In this document: positions 37,192-48,189 of the stretch, piece after piece | Layout of the letters: each line of letters starts with the position of its first letter | Numbering within the stretch: the first letter of the stretch is position 1 | NCBI RefSeq assembly: GCF_006345805.1 | Contig: NW_021832250.1 | Location: 1 to 63,390, forward strand | Length of the DNA stretch: 63,390 bases | Reading direction: 5' to 3' | From: Octopus sinensis | Taxonomy: Eukaryota | The notes under the pieces: generated by a model | Databases searched by the model: none | What the model saw: only the letters and a program-made list of their open reading frames with translations | What the model was told of the DNA's origin: nothing | Translations under genes and position numbers: made by a program

Positions 37192-37419
37192 AAAGTATAG
37201 AAGCCATCTTAATATGGCTAACCACATAGGGGAGGGGTGTTGCTGTAGCTCTATAGCCCCAGGAGATCGTCGTCTCCAGCTGGCTTTAGGCACCATTTCA
37301 GTGCCCTTGAAGTATTTGCAAAGGGAGGCCATCCCTTTCTCGCAAGCCTGAGTGATACGCTCGGACTAGTTTCGGGATTATTGTCCCTTATCAACGGGCG
37401 CTAACCACCAGGTCGCGAT
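37189..37419 (-). repeat. 3' part of unit 2 of a hammerhead-containing ~355-bp tandem repeat (retrozyme/pLTR-like)
   Basis: 231 bp nearly identical to 42860-43091; ends in (TA)n. Confidence 0.9.
37358..37400 (-). ncRNA. Type I hammerhead ribozyme, U3:A8 variant
   Basis: CGCCCG-UUGAUAA-GGGA(CAAUAA)UCCC-GAAA-CUAG-UC^CGAGCG. Stem I is 5/6 paired, stem II is 4 bp, ACUAGU is a palindrome, and the cleavage triplet is GUC. Confidence 0.85.
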
Positions 37420-37670
37420 TAATTCTTTATTACGATTATAAAATCAGTACATAGAAGAACAATACAGAAAATACATACAAAAAACAGTTAAGTGGTTCGT
37501 TTAAAAATTTCCAAAATATATGGATTATTCATTATACAAAAAACTGTATTTAAATTGTCCTTTGCATTGACTAATATAACATTACATTAGATTGAAATCT
37601 TACCGATATATTTTAAACCCCGGCAACCTATAAGGCCCTGCAGCTTTCCTTTCCTCTTCTCCATCCATAG

Positions 37671-40600
37671 TTAAACTGAGTTTCTGACACCCACCTTTTT
37701 CGCCACTTCCTTCCATCTTTTTTCATACACACCTCGTGGTAAGGTCTTCTTTTCCAGCCCCATTTTGCTCTTCAGATGATATCTGAAGTAAGTGAGCAAG
37801 CCGAGGCCTGAGACAAAGGATCCTATTGCGACTCCTTCTATTCTTGTCCGCCACATACATTATTTTACTACTGCAACCGTGCAGTGAAAACATGCCTCAC
37901 CTTCCTTCGAGAGTCCAGTTGGTGATATCATCTTAATCATAGACTCAGCCGACAGCTGTACTCGTCCCAGATGCGATAACACGTGTTCTGCGTAACTTAT
38001 CAGGTCTGACAACTGCCGACAGTGTACAAAAGCGTGCTGGACGGTTTCATCGTCCAACCCGCATCTTGGACATGTCGGTAGCACTGAAATTCCGTGCCAC
38101 GATAACTTCTCGCGAACAGGTAAAGCATTCCTATAACGCTGCCAGGCCAGGGATCTTTGGAAATTATCCAAATACCCCGTCATGAAAGTCTTTTTAAACA
38201 GGTTGGTAAGCTGGTCTTCGTCGAACCCCAGAGCCCCTCCTAGGACGTCATCGTTCTTTGCCTCTACCAACCTGCTATAAAATACCGAGGTGGTATTTCC
38301 GCAGCCGGCCTTGCTCGCCTTGTGGATCAGCATGAGTGCCTGTCGGCACTCCTTTTGCCATAAAGTCAGATTCCGTCTTTTGATGCAACCGGGTTTAAAA
38401 TTCACTAAGGAAGCCGATCTCGGGAAAAATTCCCCTGCCAGCGGACTCCACACCGTATCACCCTCCAGGTGGTGCCAGAGATGCTTCAGCCTCAACGCAT
38501 GTCTGCACATCATCAACCAAGGCATTCCTAACCCACCCTTTAACGGTTCCTGGCAGCAAACGGAGCGCCTCACAAGTGGCTTTCCTCCCTTCCACAAAAA
38601 AGCGGAAAAGGATTCGCTCCAACTTGCTATGCCATGAATCGGGGCAAGGGACAACGGTCAGGCGGTAAGTGATTACAGATGCAATGAACAGCTGTACCAC
38701 CTCCGCCCTTCCTTTCAAGGACAGAAACCTTCCAGACCAGGTCCGTACTATGGCCTCCACCTTGTCCGTCACCTCACTCCAATTCCTCTCCGTTTGGGAG
38801 TCTGGCCCAAACCAAACTCCTAGCAACTTAACAGGACCATCTGTCCAGTGTCCCACGGCACTGGACGATATCGACTTGCTCCTCCAGGTGCCGAGGCGTA
38901 AGCCAATCGACTTGTCCTTGTTAACTTTTGCTCCTGCCACCGCCTCGTATCCTCTGATAGCATCTTCTACACAAGGTAGCTGAGCCTCATTGGACACGAT
39001 GAGGGTGACGTCATCCGCATAAGCAGAAACCGTCCTCCCGCCTCCGATCTCACCCGGGTTACTTCTCAGTCTCTCCAACTTTTGCAGCAGTGGCTCGAGA
39101 GCCAACACGTACAAAAGTGGTGACAAGGGGCACCCTTGACGAACTGAACATTCGATCGAAAACGGTTCCGTTAGGTGACCGTTTATCTGAACGGTGGACT
39201 TGATGCCGCTATACATAGCGGAGATCCACCCGCGAAATTCAGGGCCCAGTCCAGCCGCTTCGAGGACCGTCGCCAGGTACTTATGGTCTACCCTATCGAA
39301 CGCTTTACTTTGGTCTAAATGGACCATTACCCCGCCCTTGCCGGTTAATTTACCCACCCTATCTAAGGTGTAGCGTATAAGGTGAAGATTGTCCTGGATC
39401 GACCTGCCTGGAATTGCACATGTCTGTGCTTTCCCTACAAGTTTCTCTACGACAGTCGTCAACCTTTTTGCCAACACCTTGGCCAAAATCTTTAACTCTA
39501 CATTAAGTAGAGTTATGGGCCTGTAACTACTAATGTTATCCTCCTTGCTCGGGTCTTTCTGGATTAGCGTCACCACTCCCCGGCTTACAGAACTGGGAAT
39601 TCTCCCGTTCTGCTGCCAGTTCGCGTAGACGCATGCCAGTATTCCCCCGAACAAGTCCGGCATACTTTGATAAAACTCGTAGGGCAGAGCATCCAACCCC
39701 GGCGACTTCTCCCCGGCGCATCCGGCCAGTACCCCCTCTATCTCCGCGGGAGTGATCGCTCCTTCACAGCACTCCACCTCACGCCCCGAGAGCCGCGGTC
39801 CGCCGGCTAGGAAGTCCTTTAAGGCCATCCCCCGCTCCAGCGAACCACCATCTCCCGAACGAGCGGGCGAAATGCTGGTGAAGAAACTTTTGCATCTCCT
39901 CCTGTCCATAGATCTTGTGTCCCTGTTCGTCAGTTAAAGACTTGATTGAAGCTTTGTTACCTCTCTGACTCTCCACTCGACGGGCCCATCCGGCAACGTT
40001 AATACCTTCTCGTTTCCCTGCGCGTAGCTTAGCTCTAACTCTGCAACCTTCGTGTTTAGAGTTAAGGTGACGGTACAATACCGTCCTTGCCGCCATCACT
40101 CCGGATGCAGAACCAGATTCCATTGCCTCGTTTAGATTCTTAACTAAATCGTCCTCTATCCTAGACCTATCTAACCTTAGCTGTTTGCTAAATCTAATGG
40201 ACTCTGAACGAATGGCTCTTTTGAGGGAGTGCCACCATCTGTTGTTAATGATGGTGCCACATAATGCCCTCTGTACTAACACCTTAATCCGGGTACGGAA
40301 GTCTTCACAATTCAAAATAGACTTGTTCATTTTCCAGTACCGGGTCCCTGTCTATGGCACATATCTAATTGCACCCTACAAGTCACAAATTTGTGATCCG
40401 TGTAAGGCACAATGTGGAACTGTGGACAACTAAACGTATCCTTATCTCTTTTCCTAACGAATATCCTATCTATATACGATCTGCGTGAGCCGTCGTTGTT
40501 ACTCCACGGCCACTGTGGAACGTTCGGCTCATCCAGTCGATAACGGTCTACTAGATTAAAGCTCTCTAGTAGACCCTTGAGGCTAGTGTTCCCCTTCCTA

Positions 40601-40959
40601 TTGGTTGAGCCAACACCGTCGACCCGCGCTTCGAGGACAGTGTTAAAGTCCCCTACTAAGACTACCGTTTTCGACGTCACTAAAAAGAGCTCCAGATTCC
40701 GAAAAAAACCCGACTGCCTACACTCATTCGGAGCGTAGACAGCTACCAACCTGAAGGACTGTTTACTTACGTGGGTCACATCCAGAACGACCAGCCTGCC
40801 TTCTGGGTCCAGAAAGACAGTACTTACCTGCAAGTCCAAGCTCTTCCTGATAAGGACTCCTCCTCGGCTAGGAGAAATAAATTTCTCGAAACCATTTAGA
40901 AGAGGCGAGAACGCTTGGGCCCCGTTCATCTTGGACTCGGTTACAATAGCTACGTCCAC
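37671..40959 (-). pseudogene. Tx1/L1 ORF2 (APE endonuclease, reverse transcriptase, C-terminal Cys domain), several frameshifts
   Basis: APE: VAIVTESK, VYAPN, LVGDFN, YIDRIFV, YTDHK. RT: KSPGLDALPYEFY, YRPITLLN, LDQSKAFDRVDH, VRQGCPLSP, AYADD. C-terminus: CPRCG..ETVQHAFVHC. Confidence 0.9.
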
Positions 40960-41069
40960 TCCGTGTGTCGTGAGGTCGTTCTAGAGACAAATTTGTTTCC
41001 ATTTCGACCCCATTCCACTCACATTCACACAACCCAGCTTTGCCATTGTCGGAGAGAGAGAAAAAAAAC

Positions 41070-42505
41070 TTACGGTTGGGACAGGGAGCATGACAGTTTA
41101 AATCTGCATGCTTCCCCTTCTTCCTCCCTTGTGGTCGTAGCTGCAGGGCTCTTAACCGGCGTTGCCATCGGGCTCTGGATAGGTGTGGTTGCCGGGGTTA
41201 TAGTAAGTTTGCCCTCCAGTATTTCGTTAGTTACGTCTCTGATAATGTTATTTTTAAAATGTTCTTGGAGTGTTTTTTCCTTCCACTCGTCTTCCTTTAT
41301 TTTTGCAAAACGAGTGGTTGACTTAGTGTCTGCAGACTTACTGAATAATTTCAGTTTTGAAAATTTAAAATACTTAAACACTCTATCGTTCCTCTCGTCG
41401 AATGCTACAATCTTTTCATTTTTTTTTATCAATTTTTTCCAATCTTGTTTTATGGGGTGGGGCTTGGCGAACTGTGTTCCAATGAATACAGTGCCGTGGG
41501 GGTAGGGCTGGGGAATTTGTTTTGTATGTATCTCTGCGGTGTTTGCTGATTTTTTCTTTGTTTGGGGAGGAGAGTCCAGGGTATTTTCTTTTTTTCTTTT
41601 GTGTGTCACCTGTGTAAATTCCATTTGTTCATTTCTATCTTCCGTTTCGATTCCCTTCCTTGTCGCAGTCTTGGGGTCTTTTTCCGCCTTTTCTTTTTCT
41701 GTGTTTGAAGCACTTTGAGGAGGGGCTTCGCTGTTTTTCTTTTTTTTATGCAGTTCGAGCGGACGTGACCCTTTTCACCACATTTGAAACACCTAGGTCT
41801 GCGCCCCTCCACTGAAACTCTCATTGAAATTCCCTCCTCAATAAATACCCTATCGGGTAAGTTTTCTAGCACATTATTTTCTGCCTGAACGAGGAGTTCG
41901 AGCGCTTGTCCCTTCCAGTTTACCTCCTCTTTCCTTTTCATCTGCAGAATTGAGACTTTCTGCTCTACGTCGTGCAGAACCGCCGCTGCTACCCACATTA
42001 TATCATATCCTCTTGGTATGTCTTCCACATATAGTTTCGCATTTCTTTTGCCCATATAGGTAGGTAGTAATATAATGTCCTCATTTTTTAAGGTCATTGA
42101 TGAAATCTCTCTTGCCACATCAGCCGAGTCGAAATGTGCTTCAACGGTAGCGCTGCGAGCACCTCGACCGACGTAGCGAATTTTGCTCCGCACCGGGGAC
42201 AAGCACTTCTCTACTATTTCGTTCTTCACGTCCATTATTTTTTTCTCTTTGTTACTGTAAACCTTGTACACGACTGTCTTGGCCTTTATTTCCTGTAATA
42301 TCGCTTGCGGCGGTACCAGTTTTATTTCGTTGCCTTCCTTTTTGACCAAGTTCCGGTATTCGAACAACTGTTCTATTTTGAATTCCACTTCCGTTACGGT
42401 TCCGCCCACTGCGGCCGAAAAAGACTGTTTTCTAACCTCGATATCCTTCTGTTCGCCTTTTCCCATCACGGGAAAGTCGCTCCTCGACGCGAAGTCGTAC
42501 TCCAT
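41070..42505 (-). pseudogene. Tx1/L1 ORF1 (gag-like, CCHC zinc knuckle), one frameshift
   Basis: ORFs 41606-42505 (RCFKCGEKGHVRSNC) and 41070-41624. Confidence 0.8.
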
Positions 42506-42717
42506 TTCTCAAATTATGAGAACCAATTTTTCAAAAAAATTACCCCGAAGGTAATAACAATGTTTATACACAGAATTTTCAGCCCCGTAGGGCGAAAATT
42601 ACCGTCACACAACGGACAACTGTTCAAATTCACGAGCAAACACAAATTAACGACGGACAAAATAGGCAGCTAACTTCTCAATACGCAGATGAAAGAGGGG
42701 TCCCTAGACGAGTGACA

Positions 42718-43139
42718 AACCACCAAGTCGCGATGAAAGACAAGGCTGCTTTGCAAATATATAAGAGTTTTTCTAGTGACGTCTGCCACTGATTTCGAAA
42801 AACTGACTGTAAGCATTATTAAATCTCAGAATGAGATGTAAATAGTAATCGCTCGATAATGTAAAGTATAGAAGCCATCTTAATATGGCTAACCACATAG
42901 GGGAGGGGGTGTTACTGTAGCTCTATAGCCCCAGGAGATCGTCGTCTCCAGCTGGCTTTAGACACCATTTTAGTGCCCTTGAAGTATTTGCAAAGGGAGG
43001 CCATCCCTTTCTCGCAAGCCTGAGTGATACGCTCGGACTAGTTTCGGGATTATTGTCCCTTATCAACGGGCGCTAACCACCAGGTCGCGATGAAAGAAGG
43101 CTGCTTTGCAAATATATAAGAGTTTTTCTAGTGACGTCT
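42718..43139 (-). repeat. Unit 1 (43139-42785) and start of unit 2 (42784-42718) of the hammerhead tandem repeat
   Basis: The 'tcgcgatgaaaga..aggctgctttgcaaatatataagagtttttctagtgacgtct' block recurs with a 355-bp period (ends 42784 and 43139). Confidence 0.9.
43030..43072 (-). ncRNA. Type I hammerhead ribozyme, U3:A8 variant (copy in unit 1)
   Basis: Identical to 37358-37400. Confidence 0.85.
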
Positions 43140-44300
43140 TTTCATACCTCGCTATGCGGGCAGCCCTGGCAGATACCTTTTGTTTGATGGTTTCTATGGT
43201 GGCATCAATATCAAGTATAGTTTTCATATTGTATTTTTTCAGCAATTTTTGAGTTTTTGTATGTTTGGTAGTCTTGTGAACCTTAAGGTTTTTCAAATAT
43301 TCAATGTCAGATCCAAATAGTTTAATTTGTTGTTGCAGACGCTCTTGCCAAGAAGGCTTTTTGTGGGAATGTTGCCGTTTTCTAATCTTTACACCACATA
43401 GGATCGTTGAGATTTTCGCGGATGCGGTTGAGATGTGTGATATCAACATCATTAGCTGAAATTATATCCTTAAGTGCAAGCTGGATTTTACCAATTATTT
43501 TCATGATTTGGTTAGAGTTGCAGATTTTTGGGAGTGTATCACGTTCATCCATGCTGGTTTCTTTAATTTTCAGCCATTCAATCATGATTTGATTTTTTAG
43601 CTCATGTAGTTCTCTTGGGTCAATATTTGTGTGACTTTCCTTATCTATTTGATGTTCATCTGTCTTAGTGTTTATGATTGGTTCAGGGAGTATTTCACTT
43701 TGCCTATCACTTATACTAGCTCTTTCAATCCTTACTTCGCTTTTATCAGCCCTGGGCTGGTCTATAATTATTTCCTCTGTATTATCTTCTCTAGCTGCAG
43801 CTTCGTTCATTTTATCCGATATTGCTTGTCTAACTTGATCAATCTCTACTTCAGTCAGTAATTTTTTTTTATAATGTTTCTTCTGACGTTGGCAAGTTTG
43901 TTACTGTCTATGTAGGGTCTTACTTCAGGGTGTTTCTGTCTCCAGTTTAAGTATGTTTGTACAGTGTTAGATTTACCTGTGGGGAAATATATGGCATGGT
44001 AGAAGGCCTCAAGAACTTCTTTATTATCTTCCCTAGACCATTTTTCCTTCTTTTTCGTTTGATTATTTGGTGACGAGCATGGATGGCCATCGTTGGAATA
44101 TTCCGGTTGTGGGGTACGTCCAGCTCCTGTGTGTTGGGAAGATTTGATCCAGTAGCTGATTTTTCAATCAGAATTTGGTTCAATTTTCGGGTACGTGGTC
44201 TATTATTATTATTATTATTATTTTGTAATGCGCGCGACGACCAATGCGGTTTATTGTTTGATTTGTTGACATTGAAGCATGACGAGCTTCCATTCTTATA
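43140..44300 (-). mobile_element. R4/Dong-like LINE 5' portion (N-terminal ORF), 3'-truncated at the hammerhead repeat
   Basis: TVTNLPTSEE/KLANVRR-type region; WQERLQQQI...IETIKQKVSARAARIARYEK. Confidence 0.65.
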
Positions 44301-44322
44301 TTAGGTGATGGATCTGTCAGTT

Positions 44323-44580
44323 TAGGGTTCTCTACACGTAAGCATTACTCGTAGCGCAGCTTCTTAAGGCTAGTAGATCTGTATTCGTCTGTATATTTTT
44401 TGTTGATAGTTTTATCACCGAACATTTTATTTTCCCCCTTCTCTTTTTTTCCTCTCTCTTTCTCTCTATCTCCTTCTTCCCCTTTTTCCCTTCCTCTTTT
44501 AAACTTATAAAAGGCTCACTCTGCCTGTATTAGTTCAAAATAATGAGAATAAAATACGGAGAAAAAAAAGAAAAAAAAAG
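44323..44580 (+). mobile_element. 258-bp retroposed insert with AATAAA, A-rich tail and 13-bp TSD
   Basis: ggatctgtcagtt at 44310-44322 and 44581-44593; ends gaataaaatacggagaaaaaaaagaaaaaaaaag. Confidence 0.75.
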
Positions 44581-44682
44581 GGATCTGTCAGTTATTGTTA
44601 TCACCTTCACCACCATCACTGACATTGTTTTATGTGTAGTCACAGCCGCCGCCGCCGCCGCCACTGCTACTACTACTACTAA

Positions 44683-44895
44683 GGCGGTGAGCTGTCAAAA
44701 ACGTTAGCGCACTGGACTAAATGCTTAGCGGTATTTTGCCAGTCGTTACGTTCTGAGTTCAAATTCCGCCGAAGCCGACTTTACCTTTCATCCTTTTGGG
44801 GTCGATAAATTAAGTACCAGTGAAACACTGGCGTCGATGTAATCGACTATTCCCCTCCCCCAAATTTCAGGTCTTGTGCCTTTAGTAGAAAGGAT
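44683..44895 (+). mobile_element. Family-B SINE (complete)
   Basis: Head, core and tail 'cccctcccccaaatttcaggtcttgtgcc'. Confidence 0.85.
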
Positions 44896-45759
44896 TATTA
44901 TTTTTCTTCTAGATGGATCTTCTATTTTGTACGTATGTCTGACTACTGATTTTTTCATAGCAAAAGTACTTTTGCTATATTAAGAAAATTCATGTGTAAT
45001 AATATGCAATGCAAACAGGATACTAAAATTAAAACATCAATATTAATGGAGATCTGGAAATGTCACTTTAGAAATGTTGTACTTAATTAATCCTGATATT
45101 ATGAGTTAAGTACTCTTTCATTAAAGCTTGTATGAACATGAGTGGGAAAGAAGTTTGAAATTTACGCGTTTATTTTATTTCTCTATCGATAATAAAATAA
45201 CAGCATGTATATACTGTTCAAAATAGTAAGTGTGAAATCCGGAGTCTTACTTTCGTGTTCAACGGGCTATCGGTACTTTGGTGGGTGATATTAGTCAGAG
45301 GAAGAAGAGAATCTAATGAAATCTTTGCACTATGTGTGTAATTTTCACTAATGATAGCTTGCACTGAGAATATTTTCGCTACATCTGAAGTCTCTAGCTC
45401 TTTTACTTTGTCGCAACATGAATATATACCCACCCTATTCTATATATGTAAATAATCTGTAAATGATAACCTGCAAGTCGAGTGGCATTGTATGTAAAAT
45501 GCTTCTGGTTTAAAGGAAGTTTGCATAAAGTTTTATGTTGGGTAGCAAAACGCGTCTGAATTGTGCGTCTGTGAAGCTGTAAGACAATCAGTCGCAAAGA
45601 CGGACTGACTGTCACATTTCTCAGGATTTAGAAATCTGATATGTTATAGAAGACAAGTTTACTTTTAGAAGTGGAATTATATGCTTTGTTCAGCTCGGAA
45701 TAGAATAATTGATATTCGAATATACTTTGTTGCAATCAGAGCAAGAAAATCGTAGATTT

Positions 45760-47200
45760 TATTGATATTACAATGAATGAGAGAATTCTATAAATTTGTC
45801 AGGGAGATGGCAGATCTGTAGTCTTCGAATTAGCTTTCTCCTTTCTGGTTTTGAGTAGCCTAATGCCTCAAGATTGGTATTTAGGCAGTGTGTTACATAT
45901 ACCAGGGCCCCAATTATTATAGGTATAAACCTGAACTTGTAGTCTGGACGGAGTAACTGCAGATTTCTCATTAGTTCAGCATAGGTGTTCTCCTTTTCAC
46001 TGATCTTCAGCTTTATGTTAACATCTACTGGGCAGCTAATTTCCACAACTGTGCACAGTCTCTCTTCTCTATCAAAAATTATTATATCAGGTCTCTTATG
46101 CTTACATTTTCTTCATGTGGACATTCTACCAATATTTCTTTTTATTATGAGTGGCTATGGCTTCTACCCTATTGTGGGTTCTTATTTCTTTGTCCTCGGG
46201 ATTATCCTTCCGGCGAATTTCATTATAGAGAGTCCTAGCTACAACGTCACTTCTCATCGATAGATAATACCATGATGACAAATGCTTATGATATGGGTGA
46301 TATCTTCAATTTGAACTCAACAAATCCTGTATCGGTTGTAACATTTTGCTGCTTTTCCTGCATCTGTCCCTTTTGTGCATCAGGTATTGGTTGATATTTC
46401 CTGTTCCTGGATTACAAACGCATACCCTTCAAAGTGGGAGGGAGTAATTCAGCTATTCGTCCATGATAAACTGCTTTGATGATCGAGGGTACTATCATTA
46501 TGGAGCTTTCTACTAACATATCCATGCATAGTCTTCTGCTCATATAGACTCATTCTTTCATCTGATGATAAATTGCAGTAGAGTCGCACGACTTCGTTGG
46601 GCATGTATTCTAGGTTGTTAGACAAAGAGTGTTGCTCAAGGAGGTACCTTCCAAGTCTTATGATCAGCCTCATGCATGTAAACTTGGTCAAGGAATGGAC
46701 TTCGACACTTGGTGGTTAAAAGATGTTGCCGAAGGGATATAAGACATTCAAAGGCATTTGGATCTATGTTAAGCCTCTGCCACCTTGTTTTCGTTTTAGG
46801 TAGAAGCGGTCTACGTCACTGTTTATGTGGACATTATGTGTGCGTGTTAGCATTTTTCGTGTTTGGCTCGGATCTCATCAAGCGTCCAATCAAGCAGCCC
46901 AAATATTGTTATGAGTACTGACACTGCAAACACGCTGTGGGTCACTGTTTTATTGAATGCAGAGAGTTCTGAGGTCTAAATTTTCTTTATTCGGTTGTAA
47001 TATTCTTTGCAGGAAGAACCAGAAAAAGTTGCTGGCTTATGCGCAGTACATATCTCTCATCTGTTGTCTTGGAAGTTTTCCAGACAGACGACGATCTCTC
47101 CAACCCAGAATAATTCATTTTGTTGTACTACAGATTTCTATTATATCATTTACATCCTTAAGTAAATCAAATTAACATTCATATGTAGACACATTTTAGA
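45760..47200 (-). mobile_element. R4/Dong-like LINE C-terminal part (RT end, CCHC, RLE), degenerate
   Basis: HFEGYAFVIQEQEISTKYL; EISCPVDVNIKLKISEKENTYAELMRNLQLL..FIPIIIGAL. Confidence 0.75.
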
Positions 47201-47737
47201 ACACAAATGTCATCTATAAGTAATCTACACACGTCCATGAACAAAATTTTAACAACCAACTCCAATCAAGAAATAATAATGCTGTCTTTATCAATGACAT
47301 CAAAATATGATTACTACTCAAATCGACGTCAAATTACACATAAGGTTCTTTCACTGAAACGTCCAAAGTTTCGGTAATTGCTAAGTTCGGCCTTGCAAAG
47401 TTTGACCTTTTTCATAGTGACAAATTATGGAATTTATAAGGAAGACTTCTATTCAGGGTTTAAGACAATTTTAGTATTAACAGGTTTTTATGGCCCACAA
47501 AGAAGAAATGTACACTGTATTACAGTACTGTCTATACAAGAAGAACAATACAGTTTTAAATGAATATTTCGGACTGCAATTCATGTTAGTTTCTACCGTA
47601 CAACCACCACTAGTTCACATACTCTGTTTCTCATTTATCCTCAACATCTGATACACACATAGATCATGCTCTCTTAAATAACAAATTTTACAATTTTCAT
47701 CACCCCACATGATATATCCACCTCTCTATTATTTATT

Positions 47738-47778
47738 ACTAGCATTATGACCCGTCGTTGCCGGGTCATAGTGCTAGT
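47738..47778. mobile_element. Helitron-type terminal hairpin ending CTAGT; a probable matching 5' end lies at ~50300-50473 (minus strand)
   Basis: actagcattatgacccg-tcgttgc-cgggtcatagtgctagt; 50400-50473 on the minus strand resembles the 5' end of 17327-18128. Confidence 0.5.
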
Positions 47779-48189
47779 GCATGTATATATGTGTATATAT
47801 ATGTGTACATGTTACATGTACATCTATATATATACATCTACACATAAAATACAAAATACAAAGTTATATCTTGATATCGCTAGTGATAACAATACTCAAA
47901 ATATATAACAGACTGGAATTGTTAGCCCGTCTCTTGTAATTTCGATCAATTGTATCTACAATCCAGCCTACCTCTACTTATGGGGGGAGGGCATTTAAAA
48001 TTTTTATCCGGGACGTCCTACGTCCCAAATATAAAGGTAAAAATAAAATATTTCCACTTTGCAACTTCGAGTCGAGTACTCCCTTGCACGCTCCGTTGAC
48101 TCGAACCTTGCTTCTATTGTGGCGAATTTACCGCCTCTGGTTAGATATCTTTCACAGTCGCACCAAGACACTTTTTGAATGTGCTTTCC

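Larger units (their letters stand above)
37420..42717 (-). mobile_element. Full-length Tx1/L1-clade non-LTR retrotransposon (5298 bp) with 17-bp TSD
   Basis: 5'UTR, ORF1, ORF2 (APE-RT-zf) and a 3' end 'cgtaataaagaatta'. TSD aaccacca(a/g)gtcgcgat at 42718-42734 and 37403-37419. Confidence 0.9.

Noticed and set aside
37189-43091. The 231-bp direct repeats as LTRs or a giant TSD of the LINE
   Set aside because: They are consecutive units of a pre-existing tandem repeat; the true TSD is 17 bp.
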